64,000 bases of DNA from Monocercomonoides exilis PA203 (taxonomy: Eukaryota > Protista > Preaxostyla): assembly GCA_001643675.2 (NCBI GenBank), contig LSRY02000005.1:1612001-1676000 (forward strand). Direction: 5' to 3'. Shown here piece by piece: positions 26,297 to 40,622 of this stretch. The notes below the pieces were generated by a model. The model saw only the letters and a list, made by a program, of their open reading frames with translations. It did no database searches and was not told the origin of the DNA. Within the stretch, counting starts at the first letter, position 1; each line of letters begins with the position of its first letter. The position numbers and the translations under genes are program-made.

Positions 26297-28494
26297 TTGA
26301 AAGTGGTTTTTTCTATGCTTAATGAGCTGATAGTTTAATATAATGATGTTTTGAGCAAAAAATTGAAATGCCAAAAACGCCATGATCTTTTCAATTAATA
26401 AAATTTTTTGAAAGAATATAAGATAAATCAATTTTCAAATATTTCGTTCAGTTGATGAATATTGCCTTTGTAATTTAATATGAAAGTTTTGCAATTGAAT
26501 TGCCAATAATCTTCACAAGCATCATCTTCGTATTCTTATTTTTCCTTTCGATTTTTTATTTTTTAATTTTTTCCCGCAATTTTCGTCATGGTTGTAATAA
26601 TGTCTTTTTTGTATAAGTTTCATTTGTTGCATAATAGTTTTTTCATCTTCGCAATAGGAGATGATGCAGAAGATGGAGCTGCTTGAATAGATCAAAACCA
26701 AAGACACGAGATCATCGAACAGCAGTTCATCGAACTCGTGAATTTGATGAAATGTTTGAAACAGGTTCTTCCAGAGAATAATGCTATGAGGGTACTGAAG
26801 AAATGAAAAAAGAGGAGCAGGAGGAAGGTAATGGAACAGGTTTGGGAAAACGAGGAAGTGGAAGGAGCAACAGAAATAGAGATTGAGAACGAAAAAGAGG
26901 GGCAGAAAAGAAAAGAAAAGAAACAGAAAAATTTCACAAAGGCACAGATGGCTGAGGAGGCTAAATGGAAGGATGGAGCAAAAGGATTTATCATTAATTC
27001 CAGTCACAAATCGTATTCAGCTGAAGTAGATGCGATTTGAGGAAACAAAGGATAAAAACTTGGACAAGATCTGCCATCTGCAATCGCTCCTGAAGGAGAA
27101 GAAGAATGAGGAACAAGGAATAAGAGTCCTGAGGAAAGGAGGAGAGGAATGGTGTCAAGAGTGTCTGTGGTTTAAAGGATATTTGACAAGCGGGACGAGG
27201 CAGATGACAAAGAGGAGAAGGCCAACATCTTCCATAAACACTTTATGTGAAGAATACTCAGCATGTTAACTGCGTTATCTCTTCTCTTGTGCTTGCCCCA
27301 CCGCCTTTGTCTGATCCTCAGCATGCTATGAACTTGTTCATTAGGCTGCAGCAGGAGAAGCCGAAGAGGATACTTCAGGCGAACATCGAGTGCTTGCTGT
27401 TTTTTTTGTGTGCGGTGCAGGAAGTGGACACGAACCTATTCTATGCGCTGAACAAGAACTGAATTGTTTGCGACTGCATACTCACTGTCGATGAGAAGTG
27501 AACGACAAACGACCAACTCATTTTAGGTGAGGACTCCTTTGCAAAGTTCTCTAACCTGAACGGTTTTCCGCACAGCCTGAGAAGATGCAACAGAAGAGAA
27601 TGTGGATGCTTCGTGGATTGAATATGAGTCACAACACGCAGACCAGTTAATGATGAATGTGGCAGAAGCAGAAGAGGAAGAGGAAGCAATGGAAGCATCA
27701 GATGGATAAGTCTGTCTGTTCTTGATTTGAAGCTGTTTGTGTCGAGCGGAGCAGATATGCTTGCGAAGAAGAAGATCATCAAACCGAAGGGGATTGCAAA
27801 AGAAAAAAAGACATAATTTATATCACAGGAGGAGTTTAATGAAGAGTCGAAGTTGAGTGAGCGCAGAGCATCAAGATTTGCAAGAACAGAAAGTGAATAC
27901 AGCAATTATCGTGGAAATTGAGTTTTTCCATTCAATGTTGCCAAATTTCTCGAAGAAGAGATAAGTCAGGAAAGCGGAGATGGTGAAGGAGGCGGAGGAA
28001 ATTCTTAACTCAGCGAGAGAAAAGAAAAGAGTTCCAGACGGATCGACTTTTGCAATGGAGAAGATCTGAAGCGATGTGGTGTGAGTTGAATTTTTCTTTT
28101 AATAATAACAAAAAATTATTGTGTATTTATTTTTTAATGTATTTTTGAATTTTTGAAATTTTCAGAACTTTTTTCCATCATTTATTATGAACTTCCTCAT
28201 TTTCTTGTGAGTTGATCGAATCGGTCATTTTATGAACGCGCTTATTTGCAATCTTCATTGAATTTCTTGCTTGAACTGCTTCCGCATAAAAATCATTGGA
28301 CGTTTAATCAATCAACTCTGTTGTGAATCACACAAACAATCTCCATTAAACTCTGTGTGAGGCACGATGAAGGCACAATTCCTCATTTAATAATGTTTGT
28401 CATATTTTTATCTTATTGTTTTCATTGTTTTTATCATATTTCTTGTTTTTATTTTTTTAACTTTTCAAACCCTCATTTTAATTTTTTCAATTAA

Positions 28495-31400
28495 TTGATA
28501 CGTAAACATATGAACCACCTCTTTTCATGTTTTTTATACAGCTTCTTTTTCTTTGATTGGGCGACGCGTCTCTTCCACAGTCGCTTCACATCATTTCTAT
28601 CATCATTGGAGTCAGAGCTGATGAAAAAGACTGAACCAGGAACCCTCTTCTGCTCATTTGGCTTCTACTATTGTCTCTGTGTTGCAGCTGACTGTTCATT
28701 CCACATGAAACGAGAATTCCTCTTCTCACAGACCACTAAACATTTCTTCTCTTCGTCATCAATGCCTTCTTCTTCTTCTTCCTTCTCAAATCAGTTATAC
28801 ACAAACAGCTTTGTGGTTTCCATGATCGAATAAGTCATGTGCGCTTCTCAAAATGCAGGAATTATCTTCTCTTTCCAATAAAAGTTCTCCTCTTTCAATG
28901 TCACTCCTTATCTTCTGACAATGACACTCCATTCAAACACCACAGATCTCCTTCTCTTCCTCTCTTCTTTCTCACTTTTCCTCAATAAATGATTTCAGCT
29001 TCCATCAAATGCTCTCTTTCCTCAAATATCCTCGACAGATAGAACATTTTTTTTTGTGAAACATCACAAGCACAAATATAGCTGCCACGAGCCATCAATT
29101 TGTGGATTTTTACAGATCTTCAACATCTTCCAACTCATCCCAACGTTCTTCTTCTTTTGCAAGAACCTCCTTTCACCAAAATGACATCAATGAACAGATC
29201 GCTCAATTCTTCCCATCGTATTCATATGTTTTCACGCCTGAAGCGCATTCCTTAATCAATAACGTCGTCTCTTCCTTCCTCTCTCCAAACTTTGCACCAC
29301 CGCTGCTGGGCGTTTCAAGCACAGGTATTTATTAACAAAAAGACAATAGACAGAAAAATGGAGTGTTTTGTATCATTTATTTTATATTGCTAACAGCAGC
29401 GTCGGATGATGAGTTGAAGAAATTATTGTTCCCAAATGAGAAATTCATTAATGATATGGAGGTTATTTAGAGAAAGAAGGAGGAAGAGAGAAGGAGAGAG
29501 AAAAAGTGAAAAAGAAGGAAGAGAAATTGAAAAGACTGAAGATGAAGACAAAGAGATGTGGAGCAATGCAGATGAAATATCAACACTTTCTTCTTCAGCC
29601 TCTTCTTCTACGCCAAATTCTGTTCTGAAGCTGCTCTTGCATCAAATCATCGCTTCTGCCACTCCTTAGCTCCAATCAGCGAAAACGAGAGCCTTCGGCA
29701 TTTGGTTGCAGATTATTCCAATGACAGACGATTTGACAGAAGAATGTGTGTTTCCGGTGTGCGAATGTTTATGAGATAGAAACAGACAAATGAAACAGAA
29801 CAGGCATCGTCATTGAAATAAGCATTATCATTGACATCAATACAGAAATCATCATCATCATCATATTTTTCTTCATCTTCCTCTTCATCCGAACAGTCAG
29901 AAGTGAATTCTTCACAAGAAAGAGCTGAAAAAGCAGAAATCGACGAAATTATCGAAGACTTCAAAAGAAAACATGCGCCACGTCTGCCTCTTCCTGTGAT
30001 CCTTCCGCCACAAGAAGCTACCCTTCAGAATCCATCTTATGTGCCTCGAAGACAAAGACAGAGAAAAAGCAATCAAAATTCGACACAAACCTTTTTGATT
30101 CATTCAATTGCTTGCGTTGGCACATCAACAGGCACATCTTCTTCTTCATTGCCGAATGAATCTTTTCTTTCTCTTCCTTAATCATCTCCTTCTCCCTCTC
30201 CTTCATCTTCATCTTACTCATCTTCATCTTCATCATCCCCATCTTCTCCAGCAGTAACTGACCTCTCTCTCCACCCCAAACCGCCTCATCGTTCTGAAAT
30301 TGCTATGGCGCGCCGCATAAGAGCAATGCATCCCCTCCTCCGCCGACGCTATCTCAATCGCTGTGCACAAGTGGCTGCTGCTTCTGGCGTTTCACGTTCT
30401 TCTTCTTCTTCTTCTTCTTCTTCTTCTTCTTCTTCTTCTTCTTCTTCTTCTTCTTCCTCGTTGCTTCGCTCTTCTAGAAACAGATTTCTAACAAGCGAAG
30501 AGCAGCAGATGAGGAGGATGAGGCAGCAGTTCGGAAGAAGAAGGAAAAGACAATATTTTGTTCTTTCACAAGATGTGTTTGAGGCACTGCTGCTGTTTGC
30601 CGAGTTTCGGATGGTGGAGCGGTATTAGGAGAATCTGGAGAAAAGGAAGAGAGAAAGTGAGAGAGCGAAGGAACGAGAGAAGAGAGAAGAGAAGGATAAG
30701 AGAACTGATTAAGATGAGAAAGGCATTGAAATCTACAAATGATGAAAATAACTATGATGATCAAAATGAAAATAAATTAAAAACAGAAGAAAACGAGAGT
30801 TTATCATTGACTGGAAGAGAATCTTTGAAAAAAATGAAGAAAAATGAAGATAGTGAATGCCTTTCCGACAGCTCCATTTGGGAGATGAAGAAGAGTGAAG
30901 AGATAACACACAAACAGAGAGAAAAACAGTATTTGATTTAGCGGTATTTCCAAGCACTTGAGCTTCAACGTGATTCTGCTGTGAATGAGGTGCTTTTGAT
31001 GGTCAGACCAAACCTGCTGTTTTCTCCAGCACCGATTGATGAATCGATTAAAAGACCAGAAATGAGTGTGAATGCTGCAAAAAGTGAGGGAGATGGAAAA
31101 GAAGGTGAGAAAGAAGAGAACGAAGTGAATAATTCTTAGAATGAAAATGGAAACAAGGAAGAAGAGAAAGGATATGAAGATAACACGAAAGATGATGATA
31201 AAGAAGTGATTTTAGAGGATTCAATGAACAACCCCAAAGAAGCTGCTTCAGAAGCAAAGATAATCAAACAGAAGCAGAAAAGAATACAAACACCAAAGAA
31301 TCAATTAGAAATTGCAGAAAAGACGAAATACATTCCAATGAGCCAAAGCCCGAGCCTCTTTCATAGCAAAAGCAGCAAAAACAACTCCCTCTCCTCCATC

Positions 31401-32671
31401 TTCACATTCTCCAAAGCCAAAACAATATTCTTCAGAAAGAGGAGCCTTTGGAACGATACACTTCACGCGAGGGAAGCGAATGGACGGAGGATGGAGATGG
31501 AGAGAGGAGATGTTGGTGCAGCAACAATGCTACTGTCACCTGCTGTTGGAGGAGGAGGGGGAGAAGGGGTTAAGTTGGGTGTTATGGGAATGAAGAATTT
31601 GAACAAAGAAGTGACAAGGGAGATGCAAGATGAGTTTCAGAATGAGAAAGGGAAAGTGGAAGATGAAGAGGCGAAGATCACGTTTTATTCATTGAAATCA
31701 GATGATCAGAGAGAATAACTGCTTCGGCTGATGAAACAACAGGAAATACAAAAAAAGAGGAATGAGAAAGAAGAGCGGGAGATCAGGAAAATGGAGAAAA
31801 TGACAAGAATTTGTTAAGCAGAATCCAAGGAATGCTTCAACCACACCTTGAGACAGTCACACAGATCAACCAGAAGGAGAACAAAATTGTCAGCGCGGAG
31901 CAGCAAGAGGCGAAAGAAAGCCAAACGCCATTTTTGACAAGAGAGCGGAAATTGGACTGCATGCTGAATGATTTAGCGAATTCTGACTTTGTAGATTTGA
32001 GCGATGAACTGGATGTGCCCTGACGCTATGCGCGAATCAAAAGTGAAGAAAACGGGCAATTTGTGTGGAAGATGCGAAAAGTGCCTGTGTTTGCAGTTGT
32101 CGATACGAGGCCGACAAGAACTCGGTTGGATCTGATGAGCGCGCTGAAGAGCGGGCTGAGGCAGAACCGAGCGGAGTTGAGAAGAGGAAGAGGAATGAGA
32201 ACCTTCAGTCAGAAAAATGGACCTGGGAGAAGAGATGTCCTGTCAAAACTCTTTTCGTCGATGTCGTTCTCAAAATTTGAGTCTTTCTTCACGTTGAAGA
32301 AGAATTCAATGGAGATGGATTTGATGAAGAAATACACTGCTCTCAATTTGGTAGCGCCTTTTGATTCAGCTGCTGATTTTGCTGCAAAAACAAATATTTC
32401 TCTTCATCTTCTTTCTCATTTTACTTCATCACTTGTCAATTCGTCCTTGTTAATTAACATTCAACAGCAATCTTCTCCTTCTCTGAGAACATCTCTATCT
32501 CCTTCACAGCAATACCACGCTAAACTTTCATCTTCTGCTAGTCCTGCAGCTCCTGGCTCTCTTTCTCTACTCTCACTTCCTGCTCTATCTTCGTCTCCTT
32601 CTCTTTCATTCAGCTACCGTCAAATTCATCATCAGGCCTCTTCTTTCATTCCTATTCAGAAGCACAGATAA
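28495..32671 (+). pseudogene. Decayed Ser-rich large gene, product unknown
   Basis: Chain of plus-strand ORF fragments (29102, 29831, 30305, 30558, 31206, 31811, 32063) with coding-like composition, interrupted by stops and frameshifts. Confidence 0.4.
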
Positions 32672-34330
32672 TTATTTATTCTGAAATAGAATTTCAACCA
32701 ACCTAACACGTCAATGAAATGAATAATTTTGATCTGGAATATCCGATCAAAATACATTCATCAAAGGAAGGAGATCGAATCTGACTTTTTCATTTGGAAG
32801 ATGAAGCATTTGAAGTGAAAAGAAAAAGTATTGAAGCAATTTTTGTTTGAAATGGATGGGTTCCAAAATAGCCTTCTGCAGATTACGCAACAGCGAAACC
32901 ACAGTGAATTGTTGGAAATGAAACGATAAGGGAGAGCAATTTTGAGGAAAAGGCTTATTTGAAGAGAAATTATATGAGATTCTTGCTCTAATATGATACG
33001 AACAAGTTGAAATCGGAAAGGTGAAGAAAATATAATCTGAAGAAAATTGTCTGATATATATGAATATCTTTCTTTTGAAGATACGACAGCAATGAATCTT
33101 TTTTCATGAGCTTAATTTGTAGTTGATGGAGAAGAAAAATTAGATGAGGGAATGACGAAGAAATATTTCTATGTGAGCTGATGTTGTACCTCTCGAAACA
33201 CAAGTGATGATGAGTTCTTCAGTTGAAAAGAAGATGAAATCTCAAGAATTTTTCAATGATATGAAAAACGAAAGAATTAATTTGAGGATCAGATAAAGTT
33301 CATCGTTATCAATGATTTTTGTATCAACTTCGCTGAAGGTCAGTATGTGAAGAGGAACAAATGTTGAGGAAAGGAGGGTGAGGGAGGCGTCTTGGAGGAG
33401 GGAAATGAAGCCGTTGAGGGCATACTCGATAATGGAGCAAGTGTTTTGCTTTGTTTAACCACAGCCATCAGCATCGGCTCCATTGTTTGCTCCAATTTTA
33501 TTCAGTGTAATGTGAGGGAACAAGCTTATGAATTTGGGTTAATCCAATATTCCACTAAATCTGTTTATGTTTGATGAAGCTGCTGAACCGAATAAAAGGA
33601 AAGGAAATTTGTTAGCTGTTCATAGACGAAAAGAAAAAAGAGAAATAACTATTATTTATAAATTGGTTTCAATAATTTTGTTTTCTTTTCGTTTTTTCTG
33701 TTCTTATTTTTAATTTTTTCTTTTCAATGTTTTGTTTTTCCAGTTTAGAAATATCTATTTTCCTTTTAAAGATTGATTTTTCATTTTTTTTTTGAAACTT
33801 GATCAAAAAACTCTTCTTGATGAAAAAAGGTATGTTTTTTTGTTCTTATGAATAAAACAAATATATTTTACAGAAATAAAAGCAAAATACTTGCAAAAAA
33901 TCAATTTGACTCTTTGATCAATAAATACCACAATAGATTTTATTTTTTCGATTTTTGATCTTTTTTTATGATTTCAAAAAAAATCACCCAAGTTTATGTT
34001 TTCATTTCTACGATGCCTGTTAACAGATAAGAAAATCAAAAATTTTTTGAAATCTGATAAAGTTTAAAATGTTGTAAGCGATAAAATTGAGACACTTTTA
34101 ACATTATTACACTTTAGCAGATTTCAAAATAAATAAGATTCTCAAATCCTAAAACTGGACCTGTTGATATCACAACACAGTGTTATGTGATATCACAAAT
34201 ATTACAAAAAATTAACCCATTTCATTCATATTTTTTTGATCATTAAAAGTTCATCTTATGTGCATAATATTTCAATTAAAATGCCTGAAGTCAAATATTT
34301 TGTCTCATATGAATTCAATTGAAAAAAATA

Positions 34331-36954
34331 CAGTGGGTGCTTAACCCGATCTAAGTGCAAAACCATATCCTAAACAAAGAATAAAAAGCAGTATTTTCAA
34401 AATGAAAAAAGAATATCAACTGGATATTCCAAACTGTGCTCACTGTTTTATTGGAAAGAAACTATTAGTCCATTAACGATGAGCTTGAATGTCAAAAACG
34501 ATTCATTAACTGAAAATCAAAAACTTATGTAAGTTTCATATTTCAATACATGAAGCAATAAAAAGTGTTTGAACGTTTTTGCATATTATCAATTAGTTAT
34601 CAAGTTCATTAATCCGAGTCATTTGCATTTTTTTGACTTTCCTTGCATCTAAAAAGCTTATATTTCTTGTTGATCAAACCCATAATGAATAATCAAATGC
34701 ATGGAAGTAACTCCTTTACAGTTACATGGAGAACCTGCAGCAAGTTAATATCGAGCTTTTGAGTCACCTATAAAAAAAATATTTGCCATTAAACAAAATT
34801 TTTATGTTAAATGGCAAACTGCTGTTGAAGATAAAGCTATATCAAAATGTGCTTGGCTTCGAGCAAAAAAGGCAGAAAAGGAAGGAAGAGAAATCGGACG
34901 AGAGGGACACACTTTTATAATTACAAACAATCAGCTTGAAACAATTGAGAATCAAATGTTGGCTCTTTTGTCGGAGCAAGCTACTGTTCGTGTAGGAGAT
35001 ATTCAATCGATGGAATGTGATTGTTTTGTTGTTTTTTTTTCGAATCTATTATCACATTTTAGTGTGTTGATTTGCTTAAAAAAAGTTCAGATGCTGATCA
35101 GGAGCCGATAAAATCAACAAAAAGTGTGCCTATAAACTGCTTAAAAGGAGTAACGTACTTCATGAGGCTGTTTACAGACAAATGGAAATAAAGAAAATTG
35201 AAGCACAAACACCCGACAAAGTGAGAGCTTGGTTCATTGAATTATCATCTCTCATTTCGGAGCATAATATCAGTTCTTGTGATATTTACAATATTGATGA
35301 ATCATCTTTGTCAATTTATGAAACAACTTCAAAACTTGTAGTTTGCCTCAAAGGACAAAATTCACCTGCTCCTCCATCACCTCTAAAAGTGACTAATTCA
35401 ACTTTGTGCATGTGTATTTGTGCTGATGGTTCATCATTACCCAGCTATCTTCTTTGGCCTTCGAAAGATCTTCCTTCAGAATTTTCTTCTCTTTCCTATT
35501 TCAACATCCACTTCATTTCAGCTTCTTCTGGATGGATCACAAAAGATGTATTGAAATCCATCATGTTGAATTACTGGTTTCCTCTTATCATCAATAAATC
35601 AAAACCATCTCAAACACACAAAGCTCTTCTGCTAATGGACAACCACCGAACACATTTCGATGAGGACATATCAAACATTGCAAAAGAAAAATGAATTCTT
35701 CAAAAATTCTCCCCTCCAAACATGACGCATCTTCTTCAACCATTCGATTCGTGTGTGTTTTCTCAGTTGAAAAATACTCTTTCCAACAAGTTTTGTAACC
35801 TAACACGTTTTCAATAAGCAGTTACAGATCTTCATTAGCAGAAGCACTTCCTGATGCAGTTGCAGCTGCATCAGCTCCATCAACCATTCGATCCTCTTTT
35901 ATCAAAACTGGTGTTTGGTCTGTGATAACAGCTCATGTGTTGGAAGGAATAGCAGGATCTCCCCAAACAGATAGCAACGCAGAATCTTCGTCGTGCGAAA
36001 CAACTACTCAATGGAAAGAAAAACTTTTTTATAGAATTTTCTCCGAAATAGGAAACACGAAAAAATGAAAATCAACAAGAAAGAAATTACGAGTCTTCCA
36101 AAAAAGAGCAATCTTCATCCATCGACACATCTTCTTCATCTTCTCAGACGCAAGCAAATTTGAAAGGATTGGATGGACATTCAGAAGACAAAAAAACAAT
36201 AAACAAAAAATCACTTGATGAATTAGAGGATCAAATAAAGCATGCATTGAATCATTTGCATTATCTTCAAGAGCAATAAGAACAAGCAAAAATTACAAAA
36301 AACATGACAAAAGATAAAAAATGTTCACCAAAACATTCCAGAAAAGAATTTTGGATCCTGACAGAAGAAAACGAACAGAAACAGATTCGTGAAAAGATTG
36401 CAAGGAGCAGAAAAAAGATCCGCATTCGCAATGATGATAACGAAGACACTGTCAAAAAAGCTCACAAAGTTAAGGAAGAAAAATTCTTGAAGCCTCTGAG
36501 ATTGCTTTCACCTGTTTGTTACAAGAAAGAAAAGAAAATCAGAGAAAAAAATTATGAAAAATTGAAAATTTCGAAATAATATTTTCGAAAAACGTTCATA
36601 ACAATTTTCTCATAATGAGAGTTACCTTTGCTGAGCTTATTTTTATCTTATTCCTTTCATTCCATCTTTTCAAAGCATGCAAAAGAAACAGAAAAAACAA
36701 CAGAGGAATCTTTGACAAGTTTTTATTCAAAAAATTGAATTTCAAAAGGAAATTGCAACGGATTTGTGAATTTTGTTTAATTTGATTGAAGACTTTTGAA
36801 ATACCATGAGTATCAAGTTTTGCATGAAAAAGTCATTTTGCAAGAAATCAAGCCAATCAATACCAAAAAATGAAAGTTTCAGTCAAACAAGTGATTCAGA
36901 AAAGTTAGGAAAAAGGATCGGGTTTTGCACTCGGATCGGGTTAAGCACCCACTG
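34331..36954 (+). mobile_element. pogo/Fot1-like (Tc1-mariner superfamily) DNA transposon, 2624 bp, decayed
   Basis: 34-bp TIRs cagtgggtgcttaacccgatc(ta/cg)agtgcaaaacc at 34331-34364 and 36921-36954 (32/34 match). TA on the left flank and TT on the right. Internal DDE_1-type transposase relic. Confidence 0.9.
34811..36579 (+). pseudogene. pogo-like DDE_1 transposase pseudogene
   Basis: YNIDES, CICADG, SSGWIT and LLLMDNHRTH, then a TGA at 35692, then THLLQPFD and further stops. Confidence 0.85.
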
Positions 36955-37157
36955 TTAACACATTTTGAAACAAACCTAATTTCGCATGGGGGGAGAAGGG
37001 GTGTTGAGCCCCTTCATTGAACTTCTGTGTGGAATTGGAAGGTTACATGGGGCATCAAACCTTCAGTTTGTCAAAAATGTTATTTTTCAAAATTTTTTCA
37101 TTTCATTTCAATAAAAAAATAAAAAATTATTATGATCTAAAAAATATAATTAAAAGA

Positions 37158-38612
37158 ATGAAAATATCTACAAAAACAAAATTGAAAAATGGTCAGAAAA
37201 AACTGCATCGCTCAATGACTTCGCTCAAGAACAAGAAATTTCACAGTCAGCCGGAGCGAATGGTTCACATCATTGTAGATGGAGTTGTTTGCATAACGGA
37301 TACTATTAATTCAAAAGAATTTTGTCGTACTGGAATAAAGAACGCAGTTAGAGCGCTGAGAAAAGGAATGCTTGTTGGAAAAGTGGGCAGACCTGCAGCA
37401 GGAGTGGGAGAAAAGGAGCAAAGAGTATTAGACATTATTCACATTGAGGCGAAGACTGGTACATGTTTGTCTTTAAACAAACAAGAGAATTTGTATGTTT
37501 TATTTTTATTTGCATGTTTTAATCATTTGTTTTTCTGATGGAAAAAGTTTTTGATGAAAACGAAGATGAATATGCACCATTTACCGAAGTTTCAATGTAT
37601 ACGACATATGGACTTGTCAAGCATCATCCTGAGCTGATGACTGGAGCGCTGAAGAATTTGGACATCAACAGACTGGCTGTTTCGTGCAGAAGTGTTTTAA
37701 AACCCAAGTCTAAAACAATCGACGAGCTGCATGAAAAATACAGTTTCAATCCAGCTTTTATTATAAGTATCGACGAATCTTCAACGTGCGTTCTTACAGA
37801 TTCAAAACAGCTTGTTGTGCACACAGCAGACACAAAAGCAGGTTTTACGAAAGGAACCACCAAGAATGATTAATTCAACATTCGTGGCAGCTGTTGCAGC
37901 GGATGGATATGCCTTTCCTTCTGTCATTATGTGGCCAAGTGCAAAGCTGCCAGAAGAGCTGAAAAGACTGTGATCCCCAACGCTGGAAATATGGGCAAAT
38001 GAAAGCAGCTGGATGGAAAACGTGTGCCTTGAAAGGGATGCTCTCACAGTTCTTCTTCTTTCTATCATCAAAAGAAGAAAGCGCATGTCACTTGAAAACG
38101 AACACATTCTTCTCCTTCTTGATTCGCATGCATCTCGTGCAGATCCATCGATCTGGCGAGAATTCCAAAAACAACAAGTCGACGTTTTAACCTTCGTGCC
38201 ACACAGCACACACCTCTGTCAACCACTGGACAGAGGAGTGTTTGCTGTGTTCAAATCTGAATTGACAAATAGATTTGAGGCTCCATCTTTTTCTTCATCT
38301 TCCTCCAAACGAGCAGCAATTTCCGACGCCCTGCCTCAAGCCATCCACACTGTATAATCTCCTTCTGTTATTCAGAAAGTTTATGTCTGCAGTGGTGTTC
38401 TTCACAATTCTTCTGGGCCAGTTCTTTTGAAACTGCCAGAATCTTCAATTTACCCTCTTCCATCCAGAAGAAATTGATTCAACTTTTATGGAAAAGTGAT
38501 AACCGACGAAAATCTTTTAGAGAAATGGGAAACCCATTTGAAAATGAATATTGAAAGGAAAAATGAAATGGATGAAAAGGAGAAAGATGAAGAGAAGACT
38601 GTTGCAGATGAT
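37158..38612 (+). pseudogene. Second pogo-like DD35D transposase pseudogene
   Basis: ISIDESS, AVAADG, NESSWME and LLLLDSHASR-x-PHSTHLCQPLDRGVF (35 aa between D2 and D3). Frameshift near 37860 and an in-frame TGA near 37971. TIRs were not identified. Confidence 0.85.
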
Positions 38613-40622
38613 AAGAAAAAAATAAAAAGTTGATTTCTTCTTGTTTAAACGATGGTTCTGTCAATTAAAAGAAAGATAATTCATTAAATTGAACCGAAGG
38701 AAAAAGGAAAGTTTTCAGAGGAATTAATTCTGATTTTGTTTTCATTTAATCATGTTGATTTTTGAACGTTTTGCACTTCATTTTTTAAAGTCAGAATAAA
38801 GAAAAAGTGTCAAGATAAAATAATAACCCTAAATGAAATTTTCGACAAGTTGTTTTTGAAACAATAAAATACCATTTAAAGGTTATATAATTAGTTTTAA
38901 AGGGCTATTTGTGAATGTTAGGGTTGATAATTAATCAATTTGAGTATTTTTATAAAAGTTTGAAAAAAGTATCGAAAAACTATAGATTTGAATAAAAAAC
39001 CATTCAATCATTTTTCGTTTTGATCAATAGGTTATTGTTTTCATAATGTATTTACAATATGTAAACATTGCATTTTTTTTTTTAGCTATTTATTCATGGG
39101 TTTAACGAAAAAATTAGGTTCTCCAAAACTGGCCTCTTGCCGGTCATCTCCAACAGTCTCTTCCAAGTTTCTCCCCAAGTTGCAATGGAAGGAGTATCTT
39201 CATCTGTATATTTGTACCAAGCTTCTGCATTGCTCTTTGTGGGAAATTCCACACATATAAGGAATGACAACATCAAATGGCAGTGATGGATCCTTTTAAA
39301 CATTCTCTCGAGGAAATGTTTCAATCGACAGAAAAAGAAACTTTTGCTGTTCCAGCTTCATTCTCGTCATATGTCGTACACTTTTCTTCTCCCTCCTCCT
39401 TCCAGGGCATGCGAATGACTGGATCATCATCTTTCACTGCTGTTATACACCAACAGCAATTGAAAAATCCAGCTATGGATGCACAATCTGCTCAAGAAAG
39501 CATTGACAAAACGGCTTGTTCCAATGCAAATCAAATACATTATGTTCACGGGGTTCCCTCAAACTCTGCAATTCATTTTAAAAGCTCTCTCACTTTCATC
39601 AATTCGTAAATCTCAATTTCTTTAAACCTTTTTGAAATTATCGTGAGAGATAAAGAAAACATCCCTTTCTTTTTCTCCAATGCACATATATTATTATCGT
39701 TCTTGAAGCTGAACAAAGAGATTGATTAATCACCTTCATCTGCGTTTCTCCCGAAAATATTACCATCTTTTTTCCTGCTGTTCCAATCGCTCCTTCCATC
39801 TTCTTCTCCACTCTTTTTCAAATATTTCTCCTTCACTTTCAGCTCACAATTTCTTTTCAGGAACATTATTCACTTACAGAACAAACACCACGTGAGTGTC
39901 TTTTTCAGTGCTGTAAAATCCATGACAAGGACAAGAACTGGAAGTTTGAGTGGATGATGAAGATATGGCCGAAGTTGATATTTGCGAAAACAGATAGCGA
40001 AAAGGAATCAAATTTGAAAATCTGCATTCCATCCTGCTCTGTACACAGTGTGTCAGCTTAAAGTCTTTCTTTTCTTCTGAACTTTGATCAAATTCGACAT
40101 ACACATTTTTCTAAGTTCCAAAAAAATTATGGTCCTATCTCTCTTGCCATTGTCATTCTTCCAACATGGATGCACAGGTGATAAAACCCTATTGCAGCAA
40201 GCACATTAATATTCATCTTCTGGGTTATGTTTTCCAAAGCAGCTTCTTTCATATTTGCATCATTTGTAAATTGCAGCTCGAACAGAAAACGGTTTTTCTC
40301 TTCACAACTCTGGAGAAATTATTTATTCCATTTCATGTGAAATGTTTCCATTTCTGCTCTGTTGAAGCTTTTTTGTGGGAAGTTTTTTGTTTCACCGAAT
40401 ATCACATTTCGTTTAGCTGTTAATGATAATTCATGAGTCAAAAATATAAAAAAAATGAAAGCACATAATTTATTCTTTTCCTTTTGCTATCAGGAACGAT
40501 TTTTTGTTCTTAATAAAACTTCATAAGTTTTGATATTCGAGTCAATGAACAAGCCAGATGGGTTTCTTTGACTTTTTCCTTTTTTAATATGATTAAGGTT
40601 TTCTTTTTTGTTTTTGTTTTGA

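Larger units (their letters stand above)
20500..26520 (-). mobile_element. Long-TIR DNA transposon, Sola-like (Sola2-type motifs), carrying a USP-transposase gene
   Basis: Inverted repeats at ~20500-20990 and ~26000-26520 enclose one gene with a DDD transposase domain. Exact termini and TSD were not resolved. Confidence 0.75.

Noticed and set aside
39094-40440. Cys-rich decayed minus-strand ORF, possibly from a transposon
   Set aside because: Too fragmented to assign.
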